Assembly: GCA_026418415.1 (NCBI GenBank)
Contig: JAOABK010000003.1
Span: forward strand, 1,685 to 65,684
DNA length: 64,000 bases
Source of the DNA: Pseudomonadota bacterium
GTDB lineage: Bacteria; CALINM01
Direction of reading: 5' to 3'
Made by a program: the position numbers and the translations under genes. Every line of letters starts with the position of its first letter. Position 1 is the stretch's first letter. Below the pieces are notes generated by a model that was not told where the DNA came from, did not search any database, and saw nothing but the letters and a program-made list of their open reading frames with translations. Below are positions 10,461-19,801 of the stretch, one piece after another.

Positions 10461-11055
10461 TTTTTATCCTTATAATCCGTTTTTCTGTAACTATTATATC
10501 CATCTTTTGATCATAGTAACCTAATGGGACCTTTTCTATAATCTGCAATTCAAAAGCTATTCCAATTTTCTTAACCTCAGGTCTTAAATCAGGTAATAAT
10601 CTGTCATAAAAGCCACCGCCATATCCCATTCTACCTCCACTCTCATCAAAGGCACTTCCTGGAACAATAGCACAATCTATATCTTTAACATTAGCACTTT
10701 TGTGGATTTCAGGAGAGGGCTCTAAAATACCATATGCTCCTTCTTTCAATCCCTTTAGATTTTCAACATAGTAAAGCAAGAGTCTTTTATTTTCTACATC
10801 TGTAAGGGGAAGTATAACCTTTTTTTCTTCTTCAAAGCACCTTTCTATTATCGGGATTGTTCTTACCTCACTTCTAAAATTAACAAATAGAAAAATGTTT
10901 TTAGCTAACGTAAATTCACTAATTTTCCAAAGATTATCTTTTATCATACTACTTTTAAAAATAATTTCTTCTTCTGTAAGCTTATCTCTTTCTATTAGAA
11001 TTTTTTTTCTTAGCTCGTTTTTATAAATTTTTAGATTCATTTTGCGCCTCTTCAA
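10453..11055 (-). CDS. 5-formyltetrahydrofolate cyclo-ligase
   Basis: Hallmark GYGGGFYDRLL motif; ~200 aa. Confidence 0.8.
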   Translation of the reverse strand: MKRRKMNLKIYKNELRKKILIERDKLTEEEIIFKSSMIKDNLWKISEFTLAKNIFLFVNFRSEVRTIPIIERCFEEEKKVILPLTDVENKRLLLYYVENLKGLKEGAYGILEPSPEIHKSANVKDIDCAIVPGSAFDESGGRMGYGGGFYDRLLPDLRPEVKKIGIAFELQIIEKVPLGYYDQKMDIIVTEKRIIRIKNA

Positions 11056-11743
11056 TGAACTTTCTTATTGCAGAAACTGCATCTTTACTCATACTGATAA
11101 ATTCTACTCCCATACCAGCTGGATATTTAGATTTTTTCTTATTTTTTTCATCATTAATCCAGACAATTTTAGCCCATGTTTTTATAAGATTGCCTGTATT
11201 AGGTATAAGAAATTTCATTTCCAAAAGTGCACCCTCTTTTAATTGAACATCTCCAGCTAAAAATGCACCGCCCTCGCTTATATCAAGTATTGCACCCTTT
11301 TCCATCTTATCCTCAAAACCATAAAATGCGGGCATATTTATTTTTACTCTTTCTTTTTTTCTCTTATCCAATCTTAGAAACTCATTTACTATTGCTATAA
11401 AATCTTCCCGTGTGAATGGTTTTTTTAATATCCTGTTAACTTCAAGACCTTGAACAATCTTTTTTAGCTCATCATCAATAAATGCAGAAACCAAAACCAC
11501 TGGTATATCTTTAAAGGATTGATCTCCCTTTACTTGCTTAATAAATTCCAGTCCATTCATAACAGGCATTTCATAATCTACAAAAATTAGATCCGGTCTT
11601 ATCACATTAACTATTTCAAGCCCCTCTTTGCCATTAAAGGCAGTAAAGATTTCACAATCAATATTTGATAAGTAGTTTTTCTCTAATTCGAGAAAAAATT
11701 TTACATCGTCAATAAGAAGAATTTTAGAATTCATAGACACCAT
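11021..11743 (-). CDS. Response regulator receiver domain fused to PilZ (c-di-GMP-binding) domain
   Basis: REC motifs (ILLIDD..., DLIFVDYEMPVMNG, KPF) followed by PilZ signature (RKKERVKI...DISEGGAFL). Confidence 0.75.
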   Translation of the reverse strand: MVSMNSKILLIDDVKFFLELEKNYLSNIDCEIFTAFNGKEGLEIVNVIRPDLIFVDYEMPVMNGLEFIKQVKGDQSFKDIPVVLVSAFIDDELKKIVQGLEVNRILKKPFTREDFIAIVNEFLRLDKRKKERVKINMPAFYGFEDKMEKGAILDISEGGAFLAGDVQLKEGALLEMKFLIPNTGNLIKTWAKIVWINDEKNKKKSKYPAGMGVEFISMSKDAVSAIRKFIEEAQNESKNL

Positions 11744-11801
11744 TATATTTTATTTTAGCCATTCAAACAAGAACGTTTGATTTGTAAAAGAAAACCCTAA
11801 T

Positions 11802-12608
11802 TTATTTACTTTGTCTTATCAGCATACTCAGTATAAGGATAAGAAGATTAATCAAAACAATTGTCGCTCCTGTAGGTAGATTTAAAGCAAATGAAACAAC
11901 AATGCCAGACAAAACTGATAGAATGCTAAAAAAACAGGATATGATAATTGAGGATTTAAAACTTTTTGCAAATTGAAGAGCTGAGACATTAGGTAAGATT
12001 AGAAAAGAGGAAACAAGCATTATCCCAATTATTTTCATGGATAAAACAACAGTTAAAGAAGTAAGCAAAATTAGTATCCCGTTAATCATTTTTGTATTGA
12101 TACCCGATACTTTTGCTAACTCTTCATCAAAAGTAGAAGAAATCAATTTATTATAAAGTGCAATTATGAAGCCAATTACTATTAGAGAAAGTAAAATAGA
12201 TAAAATCATCTCTTCAAAGGAAATTGTTAGAATATTACCAAAAAGGAAACTAAATAAATCTACATTAAACCCCCCTGCTATACTTGCCATGATAATTCCC
12301 AAAGAAATTCCTGCTGATGAGACAATACCAATTGCTGTATCGCCGGATAACTTGGTTTTATCTATAAGTTTGAGTATTCCTAAACCACTTATTAGTGTTA
12401 CTGGTATTGCCATATAAAGGGGATACATTTGCAAAAGTAATCCCAACGCAACCCCACTTAAAGTTACATGTGCAAGTCCATCACCTATTAAAGAAAGCCT
12501 TCTTAATACAAGAAATATACCCAAGGATGAACATAAAATAGCAATAAAAACACCTGTGATTATTGCTCTTTGAATGAAACCAAAATTGAGTAGCTCAATT
12601 ACATCCAT
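11802..12608 (-). CDS. znuB: Zn/Mn ABC transporter permease (ABC-3 family)
   Basis: Polytopic membrane protein with ZnuB-like N-terminus (GIFLVLRRLSLIGDGLAHVTLSGVALGLL). Confidence 0.8.
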   Translation of the reverse strand: MDVIELLNFGFIQRAIITGVFIAILCSSLGIFLVLRRLSLIGDGLAHVTLSGVALGLLLQMYPLYMAIPVTLISGLGILKLIDKTKLSGDTAIGIVSSAGISLGIIMASIAGGFNVDLFSFLFGNILTISFEEMILSILLSLIVIGFIIALYNKLISSTFDEELAKVSGINTKMINGILILLTSLTVVLSMKIIGIMLVSSFLILPNVSALQFAKSFKSSIIISCFFSILSVLSGIVVSFALNLPTGATIVLINLLILILSMLIRQSK

Positions 12609-12707
12609 TTCTTACTCCAGGCTTTAATCAATCCTATCTCATCTTATTATTAAAATGTAAAAAAATTTTATCCTTGGAGCTATATTCTAATTAATTCTCA
12701 TCTACTA

Positions 12708-13445
12708 TTAATGCCTATGACATATAATATGTTGTGAACCATACCCAAAATAATCGGACATTTTCTCAGACTTACAAAAATCATCAAAAGTCCCAAAAAA
12801 TATTATTTTTCTATCAAAATACATAAGTTTTTTTGCATACCTTCCAGCATTGCCAGTATCATGGGTTACAAGAATTATTGTGACACCTTTATCTGAATTG
12901 AGATGCCTTAATACCTCAAAAAATCTTTCTCTCGTCTCTGGATCCAAAGCAGTTGTTGGCTCATCAAGTATAAGGATTTCTGGATCTCCAACAAGTGCTC
13001 TTGATATTAAAACTCTTTGAAGCTGGCCACCCGAAAGCTCTGTAATATTTTTATCTCTAAGTTCTAATATTCCAAGCATTTCAAGAGCTTCATCAACTTT
13101 TTCATAATCCTCCTTTTTAAATCTTACAAAACTCTTACTAACCAACCCAAGGGCAACTATTTCTTTAACAGTAGCTGGAAAAAAGGGGCTTAAATTAATT
13201 TTCTGGGGGACATATCCAATTCTATTCCAATCTAAAAATGACTCGATGGGTACATTAAATAATTTAACCTCTCCCTCATCTTTTTTTACTAAATTTAACA
13301 TAGCCTTAAGTAATGTGCTCTTACCTGAGCCATTAGGACCTGATAGAGCAACATAATCCCCTGCTTCTATAGCAAAGGATACGTCTAAAAAAATATTAAC
13401 ATCTTCGTATTTTACTGCTAAATTTTTTACCTCTATTACTGGCAT
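12708..13445 (-). CDS. znuC: Zn/Mn ABC transporter ATP-binding protein
   Basis: Walker A GPNGSGKST, signature LSGGQLQRV, Walker B ILILDEPT; His-rich C-terminus. Confidence 0.8.
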   Translation of the reverse strand: MPVIEVKNLAVKYEDVNIFLDVSFAIEAGDYVALSGPNGSGKSTLLKAMLNLVKKDEGEVKLFNVPIESFLDWNRIGYVPQKINLSPFFPATVKEIVALGLVSKSFVRFKKEDYEKVDEALEMLGILELRDKNITELSGGQLQRVLISRALVGDPEILILDEPTTALDPETRERFFEVLRHLNSDKGVTIILVTHDTGNAGRYAKKLMYFDRKIIFFGTFDDFCKSEKMSDYFGYGSQHIICHRH

Positions 13446-14374
13446 TCTAAACCCATTCTAAACTGCTTTAAATTGTTTTCCATTATTTCTAAAAAACTAA
13501 TACCCCTATCTAAGTCATCTTTAGAGACATTATGGGCGGGATTAATTTTTAACAAAGATACACCAGCTTCCATTGATAAAACATTCGCTATACGAGGTGA
13601 CATTAGTTCTTCATAAAATACATATTTAATATTGTGCTTTTTTATACTATCAATCATTTCTGCAATTCTTTTTGGTGTGGGCTCTTCATCGGGTGATAAA
13701 CCCTGATAGGCAGAAATATATTTCAAACCATAACGCTCAGTGAGATACCCAAAAGCAAAATGTCCAGCATGGTAAAAATATTTATTTTTACAGTTTTTTA
13801 GTCCCTGTTTATATTTCTCATCAATTATATCTAAGGCTTTTTTGTAAGAATTAGCGTTTTCTATATAAAACTCCCTGTTTAAAACATCCTTAGCAATCAC
13901 CCCTTCTAATATATTATCAATCATAACTTTAGCATTTTCAAAATCTAACCAGATATGGGGATCTATCTCATGATTGTGAAAGTGGCCATTATGTGAGAAA
14001 GTATCCTCTTTTTTAGCAATTCGTCTTTTTAAAACTCCCCTGCTTGTATCAATAACAAGGAGTTTTTTATTATCCGTGCTTCTTATAATTTTTTCCGCCC
14101 ACCTTTCCATCTCTTTACCAGTATAAACAAATATATCAGCCCTGCTAATTTTCACAATATCTTCTGGTTTGGGTTCAAAATTGTGGGCATCAACCCCCGG
14201 CGGAAGAAGCAGTTCAACTCTAACTTTATCTTTACCAATATGTTTACAAAAATCATAGAGAGGAAAAAGGGTTGTAATAATTAATATTCTATTGTCAGGA
14301 GCAATTTTTTTTTGATCCTTACAACAAAAAAGCAGTAATAATAGGATAATTAGAAATAAGGACCTAAATTTCAT
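13436..14374 (-). CDS. znuA: Periplasmic metal (Zn)-binding protein, ABC-3 SBP family
   Basis: Signal peptide; ZnuA/TroA-like motifs; His-rich loop SHNGHFHNHEIDPHIWLD. Confidence 0.8.
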   Translation of the reverse strand: MKFRSLFLIILLLLLFCCKDQKKIAPDNRILIITTLFPLYDFCKHIGKDKVRVELLLPPGVDAHNFEPKPEDIVKISRADIFVYTGKEMERWAEKIIRSTDNKKLLVIDTSRGVLKRRIAKKEDTFSHNGHFHNHEIDPHIWLDFENAKVMIDNILEGVIAKDVLNREFYIENANSYKKALDIIDEKYKQGLKNCKNKYFYHAGHFAFGYLTERYGLKYISAYQGLSPDEEPTPKRIAEMIDSIKKHNIKYVFYEELMSPRIANVLSMEAGVSLLKINPAHNVSKDDLDRGISFLEIMENNLKQFRMGLECQ

Positions 14375-14816
14375 TATTCTTTACTATTACCCCCTGATCT
14401 TTATTTAAACAATTACTACAAAACCCATTTACTTGAAAAAGATGAGAAATTATAGATCCTTTCAATATTTCCCTGACAAATTCCACTATTTTTATCTCTG
14501 GACAGTAATCAATATCATAGACCCTTTTGCAGGACAGGCAAACAAAATGGTGGTGATGATTTTTATTATTGCAAAGATAATAATAGAGTTGTCTATCGGT
14601 GTGAATTACTCTAAATATTACACCACCTTCAGCCATCTCCTCTAAATTTCTATATACTGTTGGTAGCCCAATCTTTTTAAATTTTATTTTCATCTCTTTC
14701 CAGATCTCTTCGGGGCTCATAAAATAACGCCTCTTTCCAAGGATATTCAAGATTTCAAGTCTTTTTGGAGTAACCTTAAGCTTTAGATTTCTAAGTATAT
14801 GAGAATAATTATTCAT
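14364..14816 (-). CDS. zur: Fur-family metalloregulator, probably Zur
   Basis: Fur-like HTH (KVTPKRLEILNIL), HHHH and CxxC metal motifs; first gene of the znu operon. Confidence 0.75.
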   Translation of the reverse strand: MNNYSHILRNLKLKVTPKRLEILNILGKRRYFMSPEEIWKEMKIKFKKIGLPTVYRNLEEMAEGGVIFRVIHTDRQLYYYLCNNKNHHHHFVCLSCKRVYDIDYCPEIKIVEFVREILKGSIISHLFQVNGFCSNCLNKDQGVIVKNNEI

Positions 14817-14935
14817 AGGCTTTAAATGAAAATTATTTTTATTTATATCATAAATAAATGAAATGTCAATATTTTTTGAGATTAAAACTTCCCCAAGCCA
14901 AATAATAAGAATTTTGTTAACGAAGATTTTTTAAT

Positions 14936-15286
14936 TTGTTATATGATATTTACATGCCCATACCATTAAAAATAGTTATAACACTCTTAATAATTATGCT
15001 TGCTTCAGAATTAGGAAAAAGATTGCCCCATCTGAGTGGTCTTATAGCTACTATGCCAATCACCACACTTTTGGTTCTCCTATGGCTAAATTACGAAACA
15101 GGAACTAACTATCAGATTTTAACTAAATTCACGTTAGCGGTAATTTTTGGTATTTTCCCAAGCATTTTCTTTTTCATAGTACTTTATTTTTGCTTTTTAA
15201 AGGGATTTTCTTTTTATATATCTCTATTTTTTGCCTTTCTCGTATGGGGCTTTGGTGCTATTATTCATCAGTTTTTTTTGAGGTAA
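14936..15286 (+). CDS. Small integral membrane protein (4 predicted TM)
   Basis: 116 aa, strongly hydrophobic throughout; the only long + strand ORF here. Confidence 0.4.
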   Translation: MLYDIYMPIPLKIVITLLIIMLASELGKRLPHLSGLIATMPITTLLVLLWLNYETGTNYQILTKFTLAVIFGIFPSIFFFIVLYFCFLKGFSFYISLFFAFLVWGFGAIIHQFFLR

Positions 15287-16901
15287 TCTTAAATTTTTGT
15301 AAAAACCAAGGCACTATCATAACTAAAGATATTATTAGTATTGAAATGATGAGAGGGAAAAAATTGCCAGTAGAAATTAGTTGAAAAATACTACTGCCAA
15401 AATATACATAAGCAATGCAAGCAGGTAACATAAATATAAATGATGCAATAACATAATGGATGAATTTAACAGGCGTTATACCAAATAGATAGTTCAAAAC
15501 TGGGAAGGGAAAAATAGGAATGATTCTTGTAAAAGCAACAACCTTCCAGCCATTTTTATCCACAAGATCTTTTAGTCTTTTCCATCTTTTTACTCCGAAA
15601 AGTTTTTTAACATAATCATGGAATATATACCTTGAAAGCAAAAAGGGTATAGAACATCCAATAGTTGCTCCCGATATGGCAAATATAACCCCTAAGACTG
15701 GTCCCCAAATTATTCCTGATAATATGGTTAGAAGGAGGCTTGGAAAAAAGAAGGTTGGTCCAATAGAATAAATTAAAAGATAAACCACTGGTGCAAGAAT
15801 CTTTGAGCTCCTTACTAAATTAAGAATTCTTTCAATGGTAATTAATCCTGTCTTTTCAAGATTATAAACAAGTATGCTCCCCAAAATAATAATCATTAAT
15901 ACAAAAATTTTAAAAAAATTTAGTTTTGAGAGTGTTGCCACCAATATTTGGTTTATTAATTTATGAGCTTCTCCTATAGGTTTCTTTAAATCAATGCCTA
16001 AAATGTTTTCATAAATATGTTTAGAAGGCAGATTTCTTTTCATAAACCTATTTCTACATCCCATGCATGATGTAAGAACTGGGGTTGAGTTTGCATGGAT
16101 ATTATTCAAAAACTCTTGAGCCACCTCTTTATCTAATCTATTCGCCAAGCCTCCAAGGCCACAGCATCTGGGGTTATCAATTTTCCCAACAATTGTTTTT
16201 TTAAAACTCATCTCTATGTTTACCTTAATCTCATTATTTACAAAGTTGGGACAAGGATTATGTAATATAAAACCCTTTTCCTCATCCGATACATCTTCTT
16301 CAGTAACTAATTCTGATACATGAATTAATTCAAATTCAGGTAAATATTCTTTAAAAATCTTCTTACAGTTAGCACAGGCAAAAATTATTTTTGAAACACC
16401 TGCATTCTCAAGTTTTTCAGACAAAGATTTAGAAAAATCTCGAAGTGCGGACAAATCACCATTTTGCCACATGGGATCACCACAACAATGGATAGCAAGA
16501 CCAACCTTCGATCCAATTTTTTTTTCAATCCAGTTTTTTAAGCCAAATACTAATTTTCTGCCCAAGGAAATAAGTGAACAGCCGGGGAAAAAAATCGTTT
16601 CCCTATCTTCAATATGCTGGAACGGGAAAGAGCTTAATCTATTTGCATATCTTCTTGAACCAATTATCCCTTCAATAATAGGTTTCGTTAGGGTCCCTTC
16701 CTTTATCAGAATACTTTTAACTTCATAAATAGCCTTTGATGGCTCGATATCTAATGGACAAGCCCTATCGCAAAGCCGACAATTGGTACATATAAAAGCA
16801 GATTTATCTTTTTTTAGATATATCTCCTTAGGATATCCATATTTTTTCAAATAGGGACAAACAAGGCATGAGCCACAAAGTGTACACTCTAAAATCTTCA
16901 C
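15261..16901 (-). CDS. Fusion protein: 2x[4Fe-4S] ferredoxin + two CCG domains (HdrD/GlcF/GlpC-like) fused to a C-terminal DedA/TVP38/TMEM64 membrane domain
   Basis: CTLCGSCLVCP and CTNCRLCDRACP clusters; CCG motifs (FFPGCSLIS...CCGDPMW, HNPCPNF...CCGLGG); C-terminal multi-TM DedA-like region (RYIFHDYVKKLFG...FTRIIPIFPF). ORF track starts it at 16955 (TTG). I place the start at GTG 16899-16901, preceded by GGGAG SD and overlapping the upstream TGA stop (GTGA coupling). Confidence 0.6.
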   Translation of the reverse strand: MKILECTLCGSCLVCPYLKKYGYPKEIYLKKDKSAFICTNCRLCDRACPLDIEPSKAIYEVKSILIKEGTLTKPIIEGIIGSRRYANRLSSFPFQHIEDRETIFFPGCSLISLGRKLVFGLKNWIEKKIGSKVGLAIHCCGDPMWQNGDLSALRDFSKSLSEKLENAGVSKIIFACANCKKIFKEYLPEFELIHVSELVTEEDVSDEEKGFILHNPCPNFVNNEIKVNIEMSFKKTIVGKIDNPRCCGLGGLANRLDKEVAQEFLNNIHANSTPVLTSCMGCRNRFMKRNLPSKHIYENILGIDLKKPIGEAHKLINQILVATLSKLNFFKIFVLMIIILGSILVYNLEKTGLITIERILNLVRSSKILAPVVYLLIYSIGPTFFFPSLLLTILSGIIWGPVLGVIFAISGATIGCSIPFLLSRYIFHDYVKKLFGVKRWKRLKDLVDKNGWKVVAFTRIIPIFPFPVLNYLFGITPVKFIHYVIASFIFMLPACIAYVYFGSSIFQLISTGNFFPLIISILIISLVMIVPWFLQKFKITSKKTDE

Positions 16902-18694
16902 AAACTTATACTCCCAAAACAAGATGAACCCCTTTTTGCTGTACAGGCATAACAATATTCAGAAGTAATAATTTTTCTTCCCTTTAGTTCCTCAAAGGAC
17001 CCTATTTTATTTATATGGGATACTTTCAATCCTGAGGCATTATTAAAATCACAATCATAAATAGTTCCGTCAAATCCAATGTTTACAAGATTTTTGCACA
17101 TAAGCCCTTTTATATTTTCCCTATTAAAATTTGATGCTAATAAAAACATATATTTATCATAGAGATTACTTAACTTAAGATTTTCCTCAAATCTTCCGAG
17201 AGGCACATTTGTTATCGAAATAAGTTTATTAAATTTAATTCCCAAATCGCTTTTAAGCGCTTTTTCAAATTTTTGATAACTTTCTTCCGAGGGAAGTTCA
17301 AAATTAACAGGATTATAAACAATATTTAGCTCAAATTTTTCACCAAATCCTATACGATTGAGTTTTTTTAGCATTTTTATTGAATCTTCAAAAGATCCCT
17401 TTCCCCTTTGCCTTTCGAATTCAGTCATATCAAAGGATGGAAAAGATACATAAAGTGCCACCCTTGAATCGCTTAATCTTTCCAACAACTCTTCTCTAAC
17501 TAACAAAGCGGTTAGATTAGTTCTAAAAATTATCTTTGGAAAATACTCCTTAGCCTTATCTAATAGAAAACTGATATGGGGGTTTAATTCTGGTGCACCT
17601 CCAGTAATATCGATTATCTCATATTTATTAATATCAATAAGTTGAAAAAGTCTTTCCATCGTTACCAATTCCATCACCCTATTATCATAAGGATTTGCAG
17701 AGAGATGGCAGTGGCTACAAGTTTGATTACATACTCCACCCACATTAATTTGTATGACCCTTATCTCTTCTTTTTTTAACTCTATCTTATTTTTTCTTAT
17801 ATTTTCTTCGAAAGAGACATAAACATTATTATTACCACAGCAATCAAAATACTTCACAATCTTCTCGCCCTTATAAGCAGAAACGGTTATAGAGAAAAAA
17901 TTTATATCCTCAACAACTCTCCAAGGCTCAGATTCTTTCTTTATTACTACCACATCTTTAAATCCCGCTTCTCTGAAGGCATTGATAAAGTCTTTTTCTT
18001 CTAACGCCCCTGATATGCATCCAGACCATAGTTCGGGATCTTCCTTTAAATATGGAGGGACTTTTTTATCAGATACAATATCACTTATTACCGCCCTACC
18101 ATTCTTTTTTAGCACTCTATATATTTCTCTAAAAAGCTCTTTTTTATCCTCATCTCTCACAAGATTAAGAACACAGTTGGATACCACAACATCAATACTA
18201 TCATTTTTAATTAGTGGACTTTCCCTTTCTAACTCTCTTATTGTGAACTCAAGATTAATGTAGTCTTCAATATTTCTGATTGGGTTTTCCTTTAAATAAT
18301 TTTCTAATTTTTCTAAATCAAGCCTTAAATTCTGTATTCTACCCCTTCTGAACTCAAAATTTTTATACCCCAATTTTTCTGCCAAATGATTTTCATATTT
18401 TCTTGCAAGATTTAACATCTCTGTATTCATATCAACACCTATTACCTTTCCTTCTTTACCCACTATCTGAGCAATAATATAAACTAACTTACCGCCACCA
18501 GAGCCTAAATCAAGCACTGTCTCTCCTTCTAATATATATGCAGAAGGATCACCACAACCATAATCCTTCTCTATTATCTCTTGAGGAATAATCTTTAGTA
18601 ATTCATTGTCATATTTTGTAGGACAACAAAGAGTTAAATCCTTTATTTGTGAAGCTTTTTTATATCTTTCATAAACCATTCTTTCTTGATCCAT
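16898..18694 (-). CDS. Fused arsenite S-adenosylmethionine methyltransferase (ArsM-like) / radical SAM protein (ArsS-like, arsenosugar-type rSAM with Cys-rich C-terminus)
   Basis: N-half: ArsM motifs YGCGDPSAYILEGETVLDLGSGGG, SNCVLNLV (As-binding Cys), WSGCISGA. C-half: radical SAM CNQTCSHC in the context IQINVGGV...; Cys-rich tail (CYAC...SSCFG). Single uninterrupted 598-aa ORF. Confidence 0.65.
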   Translation of the reverse strand: MDQERMVYERYKKASQIKDLTLCCPTKYDNELLKIIPQEIIEKDYGCGDPSAYILEGETVLDLGSGGGKLVYIIAQIVGKEGKVIGVDMNTEMLNLARKYENHLAEKLGYKNFEFRRGRIQNLRLDLEKLENYLKENPIRNIEDYINLEFTIRELERESPLIKNDSIDVVVSNCVLNLVRDEDKKELFREIYRVLKKNGRAVISDIVSDKKVPPYLKEDPELWSGCISGALEEKDFINAFREAGFKDVVVIKKESEPWRVVEDINFFSITVSAYKGEKIVKYFDCCGNNNVYVSFEENIRKNKIELKKEEIRVIQINVGGVCNQTCSHCHLSANPYDNRVMELVTMERLFQLIDINKYEIIDITGGAPELNPHISFLLDKAKEYFPKIIFRTNLTALLVREELLERLSDSRVALYVSFPSFDMTEFERQRGKGSFEDSIKMLKKLNRIGFGEKFELNIVYNPVNFELPSEESYQKFEKALKSDLGIKFNKLISITNVPLGRFEENLKLSNLYDKYMFLLASNFNRENIKGLMCKNLVNIGFDGTIYDCDFNNASGLKVSHINKIGSFEELKGRKIITSEYCYACTAKRGSSCFGSISL

Positions 18695-18706
18695 ATAATA
18701 CCCCTT

Positions 18707-19378
18707 TTATTTATAAAATTTGATTAGTTTCTCTGGTTTGAATCCTGCCAAGAAAAGAATAACTATAAAAACATTTTTAAGACTATGAAGTATTGGATAA
18801 AAAAGTCCACCTTTTTCAATTCTTCTTGATGAGACCAGTACTTCTTTATTAATCATCTTAACTTTTCCAGCCTTTCTTAGCCTTAAAATAAGGTCTAAAT
18901 CCTCAAGAAAGGGGTAATTTTTTATACCACCAATAACCCTCAAAATTTCTTTTTTAAAAAAAATCGCCTGATCTCCATAGGGAAGATAATGTAACTTGGA
19001 ACGAATATTAGCAAATATCTCAACTAATTTCACAAAAAAATTATTTGATAGATACTTTAATCTGAAAAAACCTGCAATTTCATTGTCCTTTAATTCAAAA
19101 TCCTTTAAGGTAACCTCTTTAGATAAAATAGTATCAGCATGAAGAACTAATATAATATCTCCTTGAGCATTTTCAATGCCCTTATTAATTTGTAATCCCC
19201 TTCCTTTAGGTGAATTAATTATTTTACAATTAAACTTTTTTGCTATATCGATTGTGTTATCTGTGCTTCCACCATCTATAACAATAACTTCATAAGGCTT
19301 TAGATCCTGCAATCGTTGTAATGTCTTCTCTAAAAAAAGGGCTTCATTATAGACTGGAATTATAATAGATAATCTCAT
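18707..19378 (-). CDS. Small GT-A/family-2 glycosyltransferase-like transferase (resembles the 'rSAM/selenodomain-associated transferase 2' group)
   Basis: LSIIIPVYNE, DxD-like VIVIDGGSTD, ~220 aa single domain; immediately upstream of the ArsM/ArsS fusion. Confidence 0.6.
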   Translation of the reverse strand: MRLSIIIPVYNEALFLEKTLQRLQDLKPYEVIVIDGGSTDNTIDIAKKFNCKIINSPKGRGLQINKGIENAQGDIILVLHADTILSKEVTLKDFELKDNEIAGFFRLKYLSNNFFVKLVEIFANIRSKLHYLPYGDQAIFFKKEILRVIGGIKNYPFLEDLDLILRLRKAGKVKMINKEVLVSSRRIEKGGLFYPILHSLKNVFIVILFLAGFKPEKLIKFYK

Positions 19379-19381
19379 TTA

Positions 19382-19792
19382 TTATAGACACATCTCTTTA
19401 TAAGGAAATTCCTGAATACCACCTTCGAGTATATATAGTCTTTTTTCCTCTATTCCTCTACTTCTCATATATTCATAAGTATTTTTTGCCGCACCACCAC
19501 CTCTTGGACAAACTATAACAATTTCTAAGTTATCTGACTTTACCTTTTCTACTATCCTATCTAATTTTGCCTTATCCTGATCGCTCTTTACAGGATATGC
19601 CCCAGTAGCAATAGATCCCTTTAAGTGCTTTTTATTAAAGTCTTCATCTTTTTGAACATCAATTATATGGATTTTTTTACCACTATCCACCCATTTTTTT
19701 AACACCTCTGCTTTCAGATAGTTATAGTTTTGTGCCTCTAAACTATTAATAAAAAAAACCAGAAAAAATAAAACAAATAATATCCTTTGCAT
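19382..19792 (-). CDS. Secreted rhodanese-domain sulfurtransferase-like protein
   Basis: Signal peptide; single rhodanese fold with active-site Cys loop VIVCPRGGGAAK. Confidence 0.65.
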   Translation of the reverse strand: MQRILFVLFFLVFFINSLEAQNYNYLKAEVLKKWVDSGKKIHIIDVQKDEDFNKKHLKGSIATGAYPVKSDQDKAKLDRIVEKVKSDNLEIVIVCPRGGGAAKNTYEYMRSRGIEEKRLYILEGGIQEFPYKEMCL

Positions 19793-19801
19793 TATTCCTC
19801 C

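Noticed and set aside
11744-11801. Short hairpin CAAAC-aagaacg-GTTTG between the REC-PilZ gene and znuB
   Set aside because: Only a 5-bp stem with no flanking U-tract. It is too weak to call a terminator.
16889-16900. Possible selenocysteine read-through of the TGA stop of the ArsM/ArsS fusion
   Set aside because: In-frame continuation hits TAG after only two codons (R-F-stop). The Cys-rich tail uses ordinary Cys codons. The TGA more plausibly serves the GTGA start-stop overlap with the downstream gene.
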